DNA of 35,972 bases from Phoronis australis (GCA_002633005.1 NMRA01000667.1:1-35972), one strand, 5' to 3'. Shown: positions 24,901 through 34,456, counted from the stretch's first letter. Notes: generated from the sequence alone by a model not told the origin. Numbers and translations are program-made.

Positions 24901-27900
24901 TGGAATATCCTTGAAATACTGGTTCACCATCTGAAGAGAACGTTCAGTCAAACAAAGTTCATTTTGAATTATTCTCTGCAGTTAATACTAAACTTTGAGA
25001 TTACAAATCGTTTTTCCACAATTACGATACAACGAAATGAAACCTTTTTTGAATTTTCGAGAGTACATTTGATTTATAATGCAACAAGTGATTAATAAGC
25101 AGTAAAAATGAAGTTCAATTCTCTGAAATGATTGATTGATTGTAACCTTAACTAATTGTAAAATGTCTCAATTAGGAACAATAAAGAAATTTTAAATTAT
25201 ATTGCTGAAGAACTCAAAACTGCATGAAAACTATTTGATGATGGTGTTTTCGCAAAATACAAATCACGTTATACAATAAAATCTCAAATTTAGGTCATAA
25301 ATATGGCCGACAAGTGAAATTTTGTTTTTAATTATCATTTTTCCATGCAGCATATGCAACAACAAAATCAACACTTTTACATGTGCAAGATTTGTACCGC
25401 TGCTACTATCTGACAGTTTGGAATATTGAGTGGATTCACATTTTGACAATTATTTCTGTAGGAATATTGGTGCAGTTTTGGCACGAAATTTGACAAAATC
25501 AAATTCCTTTTCCCTAGATTGTTCCCTAAACTGAAGAATCTTTACCGTACAGCAACTCGAACAGTGTACATAAAATCATTTGAAAGTATTAGACAAAATG
25601 CAGTTTCTCTGCCATGAAGCAAAAATAGTAGAAATGACTCATCAGTGCAGCACTGGTTGTTTTCCATCAACATTCCAGTAAATTCCGTATCATTCTCAGT
25701 CAAGATGGACAGATAATACTAAATGAGTTCCACTTATGCCTCGTCATTATGACGGGAAATTACGAGTCATTTAGTGCAATTACCTCTGACATGTACTATA
25801 ATATAATAATATTTGAAACATCAATAATGCTTACATTTTTATCTGTGGGGCTCTGCTGCTTGAACACTTCAAAAAGCAGGTCGTCACGTGACGCCTCCAG
25901 GTCCATTAGTCCTTTGTGGGCGTGGAGAAGCTTGCCTTCGTTGATCATCTCCTCGGTACGCTTCACCGTCTCCGGCACAGTGAAAATGTGTTTAAGGTTT
26001 TCAACAGCTGCGGCAAGCTAGAATGTGGCAATACCAACAATATTCTTGACATTCGAGAGACAGAAATACTTTAGCTTCAGTAACTGAAAAATCAAGTACG
26101 CATCAACTATAATCGTCCGTCAAGACCAGTGTTTTTGAATAAGAGTGGAAATTTGATGAAGAATAGATGGGGATGTGCAACTTTCCTGACACTGTTGAGA
26201 GAGAGAAATCAAATAAAACCGCAGGATCGAGTGACCAGCAAAGGAATAGGTCGCTAGTGGCTGAGCACAGAGTCACTTGTTCACAACTTATATCCTCAAA
26301 GTAACCTGGTTTAATCAATAAAACTTGTCAGAACTGTCTCACTGTACATACACTATGGTGCACAAACAATCTCTACCCTCACTACACACAAACAATCTTT
26401 ACTCTTACTATGGTTTACGAAGTCTCTGCTCTTACTATAGTGTACAAACAACCTTCACCCTTGCTATGGGCAATTATGACTCACCTGAGAATGACGCAAG
26501 TTCTCCACCCGAATTTCTGCAAGGGTCACATTCAGCTCAGATATTTCTTTGTAAACACTGTCAACATCATCCAAGCTGAAATCAAATACAAACCATACCA
26601 TTAGACTAGCCTGAAACAAAACCTTGATAAGAACAACTGTTGAATCCTTAATGCTTTTGGTGCATTGTTTTTGTCCATACACTATTTTTACAAGTTGCAG
26701 AAACTCCATACATCCATTCAAACCTTACATGTAAATCATTAACAGATTTAGGCATTTTTATGCGCATTACCTACTAAAAAGTAGTTTACGCTGACACAGA
26801 GATGATTTCGCATTCTTGGTTCACTAAAGGTCCATTAACTTAAGGTGCTATAAATTCACCTTTCATCCCAAACATTTCATTTAGACCCCAATTGTTGCTT
26901 TGTCAAACTGAGGGTGATTTCAAGCTTTCAAACAAATGACAAATTAATTATTGCTCAAAATTATGCTCTAGAAGTTGGCTCGTCACAAAGTGTCATCTTA
27001 TGCTACGAGCATGGTCTCAAGGAAAATGCTAGATCTTTGCGAACCCAGAAATCCCTTCTCATACGAGTAAGGAACAAGGTAGGACCAATTTTAAANGAAC
27101 TACAAAAAAAACATTTTTTTTTCGATTTTTGTCACTTTCAGAGTCATGTCTAACTAGTTAAAACTCCCTTTTTACTCATTTTAGTTAGGAACCTGGAGAT
27201 TTGATCAGTGTATACACCTACCTTAATGCTTTTGGTGCATTGTTTTTGTCCATACACTATTTTTACAAGTTGCAGAAACTCCATACATCCATTCAAACCT
27301 TACATGTAAATCGTTATCAGATTTAGGCATTTTTATGCTCATTATCTACTAAACAGTAGTTTACGCTGACACAGAGATGATTTCGCATTCTTGGCTCACT
27401 AAAGGTCCATTAACTTAAGGTGCTATAAATTCACCTTTCATCCCAAACATTTCATTTAGACCCCAATTGTTGCTTTGTCAAACTGAGGGTGATTTCAGGC
27501 TTTCAAACAAATGACAAATTAATTATTGCTCAAAATTATGCTCTAGAAGTTGGCTCGTCACAAAGTGTCATCTTATGCTACGAGCATGGTCTCAAGGAAA
27601 ATGCTAGATCTTTGCGAACCCAGAAATCCCTTCTCATACGAGTAAGGAACAAGGTAGGACCAATTTTAAAGCCGTGCTTGGTCCACACTTACTTTCTCTT
27701 AATCTCCTTCACATCATTCAGTCCTGTCTGCAACTCACTCAGACCTTTCCTAACTTCATCCAGCTGAGATTGAACGGCCGTCTTTAACATTGCCTCCACA
27801 GAGGCCTAAAAAGAAATGAAAGAACAGGTGAAATAAAAACGGTATCCAAATGTTACAGCTAATTTGTATTGGCCTTGCAATCAACCACAAGTTAATGTGA

Positions 27901-29129
27901 CCAGTGATGACATTCACAAAGGTCAAAGTGATATTGCATCAATAATACTCATAAAGCAGTATTATTTACCCGCAAAGCTGCAGTTCTTGCAAGATACTCT
28001 TCTACTGTTATTTAATTATTTAATTATTAAAACAATATAGCACCCCTGCATTGTCATTTTTGAATATTAAAGCAGCCAGACATTCGATTTCGACCACATA
28101 CTGCTAGCATACAGGTCTCAACTTGTTCCTTACTTAGATGAGAAACGGATTCTGGGCTTGAAAAGAGCTGACAGGTCATTATTGCTCGAGACCATGGTTG
28201 GCGCTTAAAAATGTCCGGTAGTGACAAGCCAACTTGTATAGATCGGTATCGAGCACTGACAAAGTGTCAATTCTTTCAAAGTTCCAATGTCATCCCCAAT
28301 TAGACAAAGGAACAATTTGAGACCAATTTCACAATGGCAAGTGGTCTAAATCTAAAGTTGGTTCTGTGATGGAAAGCTGGTTTACCATCGCATAAAGTTG
28401 AGCACAACTTTTACCTTTTTTCTGCTGTATCTTCTTCTATAATGGTCTATCTTCTCCAACTGGTCCGGCCTCTGGAACACCCACAAGGCTCAGCATTTTA
28501 AACACATTACAAAAAAATAACAATCCCGTAGGCTATGCCTCTAGGCAGGAATTGTATAAGTGTGATGTTGCCTCTACTTAGAGAGCTCTGAGATAGAAGA
28601 TAATTTCCTTTCATGTTTGAAGATTCTTACCTTACTCAGATCAGAACTTAAACATGTTTTATAGAAGATAAAACGATTTTGACACTCAACAGTAACCTTT
28701 TAAGTCATACACAGTGCCAAAATTATGCACTTCAAAACTGGAATTTAACAACTAAGAGATGGTAAAAGTTTCAGTTTAAGCAATCACTGGATTTTAATTG
28801 GTTCATTGTGTCCGCAGATGTTCTTAGAAATGCTAAACAGTACCAATTAAGCACTAAAATGAATGGTCTCCGCCCCAAAACATGAACCAGAATGAAAGCT
28901 ATCTAAGATGCCCCAGTGCCGGCATTAATTGTTGTGAATAAGACACATTACTATCGGTGTACACTTAAAGCTAGGGAAGAAGGTAACGTATCAGTGTGAT
29001 TCATAGTTTAAGAGAATGCATCATACCACACGGAGGATATACCTGAATCATGTTGGACACATGCTTGCTGGCAGTTTTCTTCGCATCAGCCTCCATCCTG
29101 TCAAGATCTAAGGGTGCAATGTTCGTCAT
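3685..29129 (-). CDS. EXOC3: Exocyst complex component 3 (Sec6), 19 coding exons, 740 aa
   Basis: Spliced translation matches recalled Sec6/EXOC3 hallmarks (QRPDQLEK, KKASVEAMLK, HSQLAAAVENLKHIF, LRIIEREE, TGFIPPGRPK, RESDKMWLVKHLE, FPPDYDI, ICITVEDY, ELSSLVTEYPD). All introns are GT-AG with consistent phases. Exon lengths sum to 2223 nt. Confidence 0.97.
4828..4847. repeat. (TG)n microsatellite
   Basis: About 10 TG units. Confidence 0.9.
5190..5301 (-). CDS. EXOC3: EXOC3 coding exon 18 (KLSFKNNDERKLAGEKVCVQVEQLQVLFKELAPHTSQ)
   Basis: cttggcag|G...CAG|gtgagt, 112 nt. Confidence 0.95.
6023..6253 (-). CDS. EXOC3: EXOC3 coding exon 17 (ETYLMEEVVLDLRSHLQELVTRNW...ICITVEDY...YLKCLIGPN)
   Basis: ccaatag|T...AA|gtaag, 231 nt. 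Confidence 0.95.
7452..7597 (-). CDS. EXOC3: EXOC3 coding exon 16 (IANVNNCESFKNFVAQLKDKFVKEDGDDQEIERQFSSMQNEFDRLGSQ)
   Basis: atttcag|ATT...GG|gtgag, 146 nt; continues directly from YVHYV across a 9.9-kb intron. Confidence 0.94.
10318..10912. repeat. Two-copy diverged direct repeat (10318-10606 and 10640-10912) rich in GATGACATCA
   Basis: Aligned by eye; both copies contain cacag|gtaagatgactttgttt. Confidence 0.9.
10955..17312. repeat. Higher-order tandem array: four ~1.4-1.8 kb units (starting near 10955, 12375, 14178, 15732) plus a diverged terminal module near 17230; each unit consists of two homologous half-units
   Basis: The block gtgaaagg...gatcttcacacggag...gggtcaggatgat..ctaaatctgctgtcattcaggtctaag recurs twice per unit, as does aacaggtactcacagcaatgtga.aagacactgattagcagaa. 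Confidence 0.95.
10955..17400 (+). pseudogene. Putative decayed C2H2 zinc-finger coding sequence, tandemly amplified, antisense within an EXOC3 intron
   Basis: One + frame gives CPDCWCSTRLCERLKEALDLHTEVRQ, (G/F)QLCSSQKIQLEKRIMWHWKYH, SFRSKR*LNKDMNA and QQCEKTLISRKD, i.e. finger-like spacing interrupted by stops. Confidence 0.55.
17531..17601 (-). CDS. EXOC3: EXOC3 coding exon 15 (ELKIFKEGHLVDRTKPRYYVHYV)
   Basis: tcttgcag|AT...GTG|gtgagt, 71 nt. Confidence 0.94.
18619..18715 (-). CDS. EXOC3: EXOC3 coding exon 14 (LEVASHIGSPHLVTRALGVCCEELEKFTKSYL)
   Basis: gtttcag|CTG...A|gtaagt, 97 nt. Confidence 0.93.
18802..18864. repeat. Minisatellite, 3 copies of ~ATTAATATGCATATGAGGCTA (21 bp)
   Basis: Read directly; one substitution in each of two copies. 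Confidence 0.9.
18893..19089. mobile_element. ~200-bp fold-back (palindromic MITE-like) element
   Basis: Perfect 24-bp inverted arms at 18954-18977 / 19006-19029, plus imperfect outer arms (atatcacttactcggatgtcgtatt / aatacaacatctctaagtgattt). Confidence 0.7.
19569..19661 (-). CDS. EXOC3: EXOC3 coding exon 13 (DWDRDQQPETDGNGFFTTQLPVLLCQMIEQN)
   Basis: gttctag|GAC...AAT|gtaagc, 93 nt. Confidence 0.95.
20767..20842. repeat. Minisatellite, 4 perfect copies of TACTCAGGTAAGGGTCATA (19 bp)
   Basis: Read directly from sequence. Confidence 0.95.
20848..20914 (-). CDS. EXOC3: EXOC3 coding exon 12 (YLSNMKKNFDEWMNNSLQADKN)
   Basis: attcag|G...AAT|gtaggt, 67 nt; a second GT 4 nt downstream would frameshift. 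Confidence 0.92.
21127..21222 (-). CDS. EXOC3: EXOC3 coding exon 11 (GKDMMGHFTLKIDVQQLGPLLPPKEVTSLEN)
   Basis: ttttacag|T...CA|gtaagt, 96 nt. Confidence 0.94.
21263..21564. mobile_element. 302-bp MITE with CAG...CTG termini and 5-bp TSD (hAT5-like)
   Basis: Ends CAGGGCCCTC / GAGGGCCTG; TGGTA on both flanks (21258-21262, 21565-21569). Confidence 0.6.
21737..21810 (-). CDS. EXOC3: EXOC3 coding exon 10 (VCRLIEDVLEGNEIVTLLSWLNNY)
   Basis: aactag|GTG...GA|gtgagt, 74 nt. Confidence 0.94.
22176..22259 (-). CDS. EXOC3: EXOC3 coding exon 9 (TLCPAVFPPDYDIGKCYVDMYHRSISTH)
   Basis: ttctccag|ACA...CAC|gtaag, 84 nt. Confidence 0.95.
22764..22869 (-). CDS. EXOC3: EXOC3 coding exon 8 (IQSSQVDFRESDKMWLVKHLELLRQQVVEDIRVAK)
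   Basis: ctctag|A...AAG|gtaacc, 106 nt. Confidence 0.96.
23879..23992 (-). CDS. EXOC3: EXOC3 coding exon 7 (TDKAQVRRKEQTGFIPPGRPKCWRKKCMNVLEQAVLT)
   Basis: tttccag|A...AG|gtgagt, 114 nt. Confidence 0.96.
24383..24740 (+). repeat. Dispersed repeat family copy (related copies ~28067-28400 on +; ~26840-27095 and ~27415-27670 on -; possibly ~2250-2540)
   Basis: Shared core cttgttccttact.agat.agaaa..gattctggg and ggaacaatttgagac; boundaries approximate. Confidence 0.6.
24782..24930 (-). CDS. EXOC3: EXOC3 coding exon 6 (MVNQYFKDIPSLNDKLSKQLWLILQRTLQTVRKEPTMIVTALRIIEREE)
   Basis: ctcttcag|ATG...AG|gtgag, 149 nt. Confidence 0.96.
25835..26017 (-). CDS. EXOC3: EXOC3 coding exon 5 (LAAAVENLKHIFTVPETV...DLEASRDDLLFEVFKQQSPTDKN)
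   Basis: ttctag|CTT...AAT|gtaagc, 183 nt. Confidence 0.96.
26485..26575 (-). CDS. EXOC3: EXOC3 coding exon 4 (LDDVDSVYKEISELNVTLAEIRVENLRHSQ)
   Basis: tttcag|C...CAG|gtgagt, 91 nt. Confidence 0.95.
26646..27670. repeat. 450-bp near-identical direct duplication (26646-27095, 27221-27670) abutting an N at 27096
   Basis: Only a few substitutions between copies; first copy ends exactly at the gap. Confidence 0.9.
27693..27805 (-). CDS. EXOC3: EXOC3 coding exon 3 (ASVEAMLKTAVQSQLDEVRKGLSELQTGLNDVKEIKR)
   Basis: ttttag|GCC...AA|gtaagt, 113 nt. Confidence 0.95.
28067..28400 (+). repeat. Dispersed repeat family copy (same family as 24383-24740)
   Basis: cttgttccttacttagatgagaaacggattctggg...aaaggaacaatttgagacc. 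Confidence 0.6.
28415..28471 (-). CDS. EXOC3: EXOC3 coding exon 2 (RPDQLEKIDHYRRRYSRKK)
   Basis: ttccag|AGG...AAG|gtaaaa, 57 nt, conserved RPDQL motif. Confidence 0.95.
29043..29129 (-). CDS. EXOC3: EXOC3 coding exon 1 (MTNIAPLDLDRMEADAKKTASKHVSNMIQ); exon including UTR spans 29043-29163
   Basis: Acceptor tttttttatttgcag before 29163, donor CAG|gtat, in frame with next exon. The start could instead be the second ATG at 29096. Confidence 0.85.
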
Positions 29130-29940
29130 TGTGTATTTCTTGACGTATCCAGTCAATCATGAACTGCAAATAAAAAAACGTTGATTTTCCTCACAACAGA
29201 CCATAGACAACAGGGGCCCTGTTTCCCTAAAACAGATTAGCTTAACGGTATTTTTACTGAGTTAAAGCAGAGATTTATGCAAAAACTTACAACCGAGCCT
29301 ATAAGTCTCTGCTTAGATTCTGTGTTACAGAAAACTGTAAAATTACATTTCTATACAAATAAAACTAACCCCAAATTTGCAGCTCCGATTCCACTCAACA
29401 CCTCCCATTTCTAGTCTGTGTAATCAGACATACCTGCTGGAATATAAATACGAGGATCCCTACTGAGCACTAGATGTGGCGTTTCCACTTTAAGTTAAGA
29501 ACGTAACGAAATTAGAGATCCACGTACAAGTATTGCAGTCCATGGTCTAATCTAATAAATGCAAAAGTTCTTATGGTCAACCCTAATTTAACACTCCCAG
29601 TGCCAGTGGTAACTGCACAAATTTTAAAGCGAACAAGCACATGCGAGTTTAAAATAAATAACGCAAGAACTTCATGATTTCATATTTGTGCACAACATGT
29701 GACCCACAAGCACGCATCAGGGCATGTGGTTGGACAGACCTGCACTACGACTATGCATACAAAAATGAAAAAAATGACGACTAACAGTTCTGCGGTTTTT
29801 TATTTTCCCTAAAAAGTTAATTTGGTTACGGTGAGCCTCGGTTGTAACAGACGTTTTTGAAAGGTCCCTGGAGGTTCGTTGTAATGAAGTTCAATGGTAC
29901 ACATATGCCGATAGATGCTACACAACTCACAAGCAGCAGC

Positions 29941-30474
29941 CTCGCTGGTTCCCTGCGTGCTTAGCCCAGCCAGCACGCAGGTATCACCTAGTGGCACGCG
30001 CTTTAGCATTGGTCGATGTAATCTTGGCAGTCATTGGTTAGCTTTACAACACCTTGAAAAAATGGCGGACTGTGAACGATTTTTAGCCTTGTCATGCAAG
30101 TGGCGTCGCAGCAACTATTTCGTTTCTGCAGTGATGTTTAATAGCCGCGTGCTTGAAACACATACATGCACAATAAACACACATTATGTGGCCGATTTAA
30201 CCGGTGTGTTATTCATAGTGTATAAGGACATTATCGTAAACAAAAGTCATCGACAGTAGAAAGATGCATTCCGAAAAGGCTCAGTCACAATTTCTAGGCT
30301 TCACATTTCCTGAACATAAATTTTAAGCACCGATTTGTCTGTACANTGCCTGTTGACGAATCGACTAGCCAATCAGAAACGCCGGTGTAAAAAAATTTAC
30401 AGAGGAAATTTAAGTGATACCTGCGTGCTGGCGCGGCTACCGCCCCACCTAGCGGCACGCAGGGAACCAGCGAG
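29941..30474. mobile_element. 534-bp non-autonomous DNA transposon, Mutator-like, with 10-bp TSD
   Basis: Perfect 20-bp TIR CTCGCTGGTTCCCTGCGTGC (29941-29960 / 30455-30474), inner 19-bp IR (29969-29987 / 30414-30432), direct flanks AAGCAGCAGC (29931-29940 / 30475-30484). Confidence 0.85.
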
Positions 30475-30800
30475 AAGCAGCAGCATGCACTTTCCTGAAA
30501 GACGGACTGATGATTGAAGTTGCAGTTATTGGCCTGTCTACTGTAATTGCATATTTGCATCAGCTGCAAAACCCACATGTGAGGTTATTTTATGCAAGAT
30601 AGACAGCTGGGATCCTGACATGGCAAAACTCCACTTCTAACAACAAAAAGGCCAAAAGCCTACACTCCAGTCAAAGCCTCAGGGCTCAAGTCAAGACAGT
30701 TTGGCAGCCAAAGCTAAGTCAAGAGAGAGCAAACCGTGTGACCAACGACAGCAAGTGATATTGATAAGCAGGTAATTAATGTGTCGTTGTAAGTACTAAC

Positions 30801-30900
30801 CCTTCTAGCATGTATGCACGGAACGCACGGAGTCCATTTGTCCAACAAGAAGAGAAAAATACAACTTGAACCAGGCACTTTCACAGGAGCTTTGACACTT
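30801..30900 (-). other. EXOC3: Probable non-coding first exon of EXOC3 (5' end uncertain)
   Basis: The ATG exon begins with a splice acceptor, so an upstream exon is required. Donor-like GG|gttagt at 30800 lies next to the promoter motifs. Confidence 0.45.
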
Positions 30901-30955
30901 CCCAGTCTTGCTACACTTCCGGTACTTTTGCAAATGTGGTCACGTGACAAACAAA
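30900..30955. promoter_or_regulatory. Bidirectional promoter core: ETS/GABP-type CACTTCCGGT (30914-30923) and palindromic E-box GTCACGTGAC (30939-30948)
   Basis: Exact motif matches between two divergently oriented genes. Confidence 0.65.
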
Positions 30956-33312
30956 ATGTCGGCGCCCATGCAGGACAAAATTTCTAAAATAGCTTCTCGG
31001 GCTGTTCCAGCCATAGGACTTGCTAGTTATGGACTATTCTCCGTTAACATCATGGATCCTGAACTTTTCAGAAGGTAATCGTTTTTTAGGTTATTTATCG
31101 ACATCAGCCGACATGATCAATCGAAGTTCTTTCTCGTCGAGTGGACACGCAACTTAGTAAAGGCTAGTAAAGCCATTCCGTTAACTCGTAACACAGCACC
31201 TATCAGCCGCTCGACGTTATAACGTCGAGCAGTTCATTTTGGAAGGACATATTATTTGGGATCACAATTTCAATGAAAGGACCATCATTCAATGAGATAT
31301 TAATAGCATGACTTGGTAACTAACCTAATTAGTGCTGTCGTAATAGCCGAGATTGCCCGACCTCGGGAATAGTCAATCGAACCAGCAACCCCGATTTAAA
31401 CGGCGAGCGTGCTAACCATTCAGGTAATAGGCAATTGCCCATTAGCGAGTGGCTAACAGAGGCTCAGATATGATTCACCGGAAGCACTTTCACAACAGTA
31501 CAGAAGCCTATAAAGGATAGTTTTAATGCACGTACTGTTGTTGCTGAATGTGAAGCAGTTTGGCATTGGACAAATAAAATTGTTACTGGTGACATACAGC
31601 TACATACATCAAAACTGATGTGTTTATTTCAAAGTTTGAGAAAATACGCTCTTCTCCCCTTTCTGAAGGTGCGCCCGGGCTGTATAAGTTAATGCGGTTT
31701 CATTTGATGTTTTTGAACGGTCCTTTTCCAACTATCTGCTCATGGTTCTTCATAAAAATATATACTGGTGTATATTTCTCAAGCCAGAGCTGTTTGACTA
31801 GCACAGTCTTGTAAATGTGACAGTGACAAATAGGGGTTAGAGTTTTTCTCTTTTAAAAGCGTTCCTTGGTTTCAATTTCCATTTATTTAATTTACAGTTT
31901 CCTCCTTTCTTCTTCTCTTTTCATCATTATTTTGACATTATTCATGCAAAAACATTTGTTTCAATTAAATTTCAAGACACAAAAAACATTTCTCTCACAC
32001 AAGCCTATTTATTTGTAGTATGATATATCACCTGGAATTTTTTCCTTTTTTGTCATTTGGTCATTGCAAGCCTTGGGCAACTGAGATAGAACTTCTCAAC
32101 AAAACCCATATTCACTGGTTTAGTGGGAGAGCCCTTTTAGATGTTTTTGATTAAAGCAAATTTGTCTCTGATGTTACATGTTTTGAACGGAGAGGAGTTC
32201 ACTGATTGCCTGCAGTTTCATTTGTCATGTCTGACTTGATTTATTGTGCTCGTTTGAGATGTGTGCTTTCAACATGACTCAAGTGCTGTTTTGGACTTTC
32301 ACCATAGGGCGTGCCTATAAATGTATTGGATTGGCAAATTGTAAAACTGCCTGCATATGGACTGGTGCATATACTACAGCATCAATGACAGTTGCATGCA
32401 ATGAACAGCAAACAAAATTACCAGTATGTGCAATGCCAATGGCCCATTCTTTATCTTGGTTTTCAAAAGTGGCATCGTCTAGGGGGGAGTTTTTCTTTGC
32501 AGTGATGTATAATCCTACCTGTGTTTCTTACTAATCAGACATTGCACGAGCAATGTAAATGCAAATCTGACGAATTTGAAAAGCCACAAGATGCAGCCAA
32601 CGGTGGCAGTTTCTTTGCTCAGTTTTCTGTTGTGAATTTAAAGGCAGCATCATGCCGACCGTGGTATTACTCTCTGAGTTTGGTTGGCTCGTGTGACATA
32701 CCAACCTCATCTGAAACATTGCTTTTACCTATTAAGCCCTTGTTTTTTGTTTTTCTGTTCTTTATTGTAAAAACATTCAGTATCTCGAAATTGACCGAGA
32801 AATAAAAAAGTTACAACCTGTGCGTAATTTTAATTTGAAATCAAGTCCTCCAGCACCTTGTCCAGAACACCCGTCTCACAAGCTACCAACATAATCAATG
32901 TGACCTGAGGGGAACGATTCGAAGATTTGGATTTCAATATTTTTCCTACTGATTTGTAACATATGTCAGCAGCACTGGGCTCCAAATAACATTCTGATTT
33001 TTCAGCCTGTTTAGTCCTGCTCATGTCGAAATTGCAAACAGCCTGTGGTTCAACGCTCACATAGGGATAGGAGTCTACCTGTACAACAGAGGCCACATGA
33101 AGAAGGCTCCAACATATAACAGGATCATGTACTCAGCATTTGGTTCATTCGTGTTCAACTTTGGTTCTGTACTGTTCTGGGCAACATTAAAGGCGCTGTT
33201 GCCGGACAATCGACCGGGAAAAGTTATGTTTGGATTAGGCTCCTCGATGGCCTTCTTGGCAATTGGACGTGAATACATGAAGTTTGTGGACAATGAAGAG
33301 GAAGTGGACTAA
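30956..33312 (+). CDS. Two-exon gene (30956-31074, 33006-33312) for an uncharacterised 141-aa multi-pass membrane protein ending in EEEVD
   Basis: ATG in aaaATGtcg context; donor AG|gtaatc at 31075; acceptor tttttcag at 33005; phases match (119+307=426 nt) with no stop. Protein: MSAPMQDKISKIASRAVPAIGLASYGLFSVNIMDPELFRSLFSPAHVEIANSLWFNAHIGIGVYLYNRGHMKKAPTYNRIMYSAFGSFVFNFGSVLFWATLKALLPDNRPGKVMFGLGSSMAFLAIGREYMKFVDNEEEVD. Confidence 0.88.
31355..31430 (-). mobile_element. tRNA-derived SINE head or tRNA pseudogene fragment
   Basis: Minus strand reads tacctgaatggttagcacgctcgcc...ggttcgatt...cccgaggtcgggc: A-box-like and B-box-like motifs at tRNA spacing, no intact cloverleaf. Confidence 0.55.
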
Positions 33313-33379
33313 GTCCTTGTTTCCACAGTGTTTGTTTATCCGCTTGTTTAGGACGTCATTTTGTACCTAGTCTAATAAC

Positions 33380-34346
33380 AATAAAATGACAAAATCAAGA
33401 ACAAATTAGCATTTTGACCAGATTTAAGTAGTGCTGAAAATAACTGAGCTCTTTGAATATTATTACCTGGCTATGGACCTGGTCATTCTTAATCCTTCTA
33501 AGCTCCCCAACCATTGTCGGAGTACACCCCATTAAACCAAATTTTTGTTACCTAAATCAGAAACTAGTCCCAGACCTGTAAAATTTTTGAAAATGTTAAA
33601 TATGTGATTGTGCTTTTCTGTTCCTTTCTGTGAGTCCATGTGGTGTCATACTAGTGCCAGACATGTCATTACTAAACAACCCAATAGTGCACGAGGTAAC
33701 AGTAAATATTTAACAATTTAATTGCACAAAAAATAATTACCAAAACTGTTCTGTTTTCATTGTTCCAGGGCTTACTAAGCTTGTTGTACATACCCAGGAA
33801 CTTTTCAAATCATTGTCTGCTGATATCTGTGGAATGGTACTCAAACATGGAAATGTTAATTTGGTGCCAGTTGCCCTCAATGAAAAAAGAAAATAAAAAT
33901 TTCACCTGTTCACCATATTGTAGGCCCTAGATTAGTCAGGATTTATTTCAGTAGTAATGCTGCGGTTAAGGTTGGATGAAAAAAAATAAACCCGTATCTA
34001 AATTATATATGTACCATGATGTTGCAGTACTTCTTCAGTTAGTACATAACAAGTGCAATTGTCTAGATTTACAGGATGCTTTCAATATCACTTTATAGTG
34101 GTAGTATACCCTGTGGTAGATAGTTGTCTTTGACTTTGTATTAGGAAAAGCATGATTTCATCTTGGTTAGACTACATTCTATCATGTTATCACACCATGT
34201 GACTAATTATTTCAGCTCTTATTTATTTAGTGTTCATCATAAATGAAATCAGACCACATGGTGTTACCAGATCATGGTAAGGATACAGTGTTTAATGTTT
34301 CCTTAATAAACAATCATGTACTGTAATTCGAATGAACATAAATAAA
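33380..34346 (+). terminator. Candidate poly(A) signals for the small membrane-protein gene (AATAAA at 33380, 34305, 34341)
   Basis: Hexamers downstream of the TAA; the distal pair is followed by a GT-rich stretch. Confidence 0.4.
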
Positions 34347-34456
34347 TCTGTTGCTATGTTTCCTACTGACCTGTTGAATTCCGGGTGGGTAATTATTATG
34401 GGATTTGCCCTTTTCGAATTTACACTGCCTTACACATGTTGGGCCTAAACTACAGG

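Noticed and set aside
26646-27670. 450-bp duplication giving twin ORFs 26914-27153 and 27489-27767
   Set aside because: The first copy ends exactly at an N and the copies differ by only a few substitutions, so this is most likely an unmerged haplotype overlap. The ORFs lie in a dispersed repeat.
31355-31430. Functional tRNA gene
   Set aside because: A/B-box-like motifs are present but the acceptor and T stems do not form; classed as SINE or pseudogene.
32830-33293. Minus-strand ORFs 32830-33096 and 33075-33293
   Set aside because: They overlap the real plus-strand exon in antisense and show no recognisable protein features.
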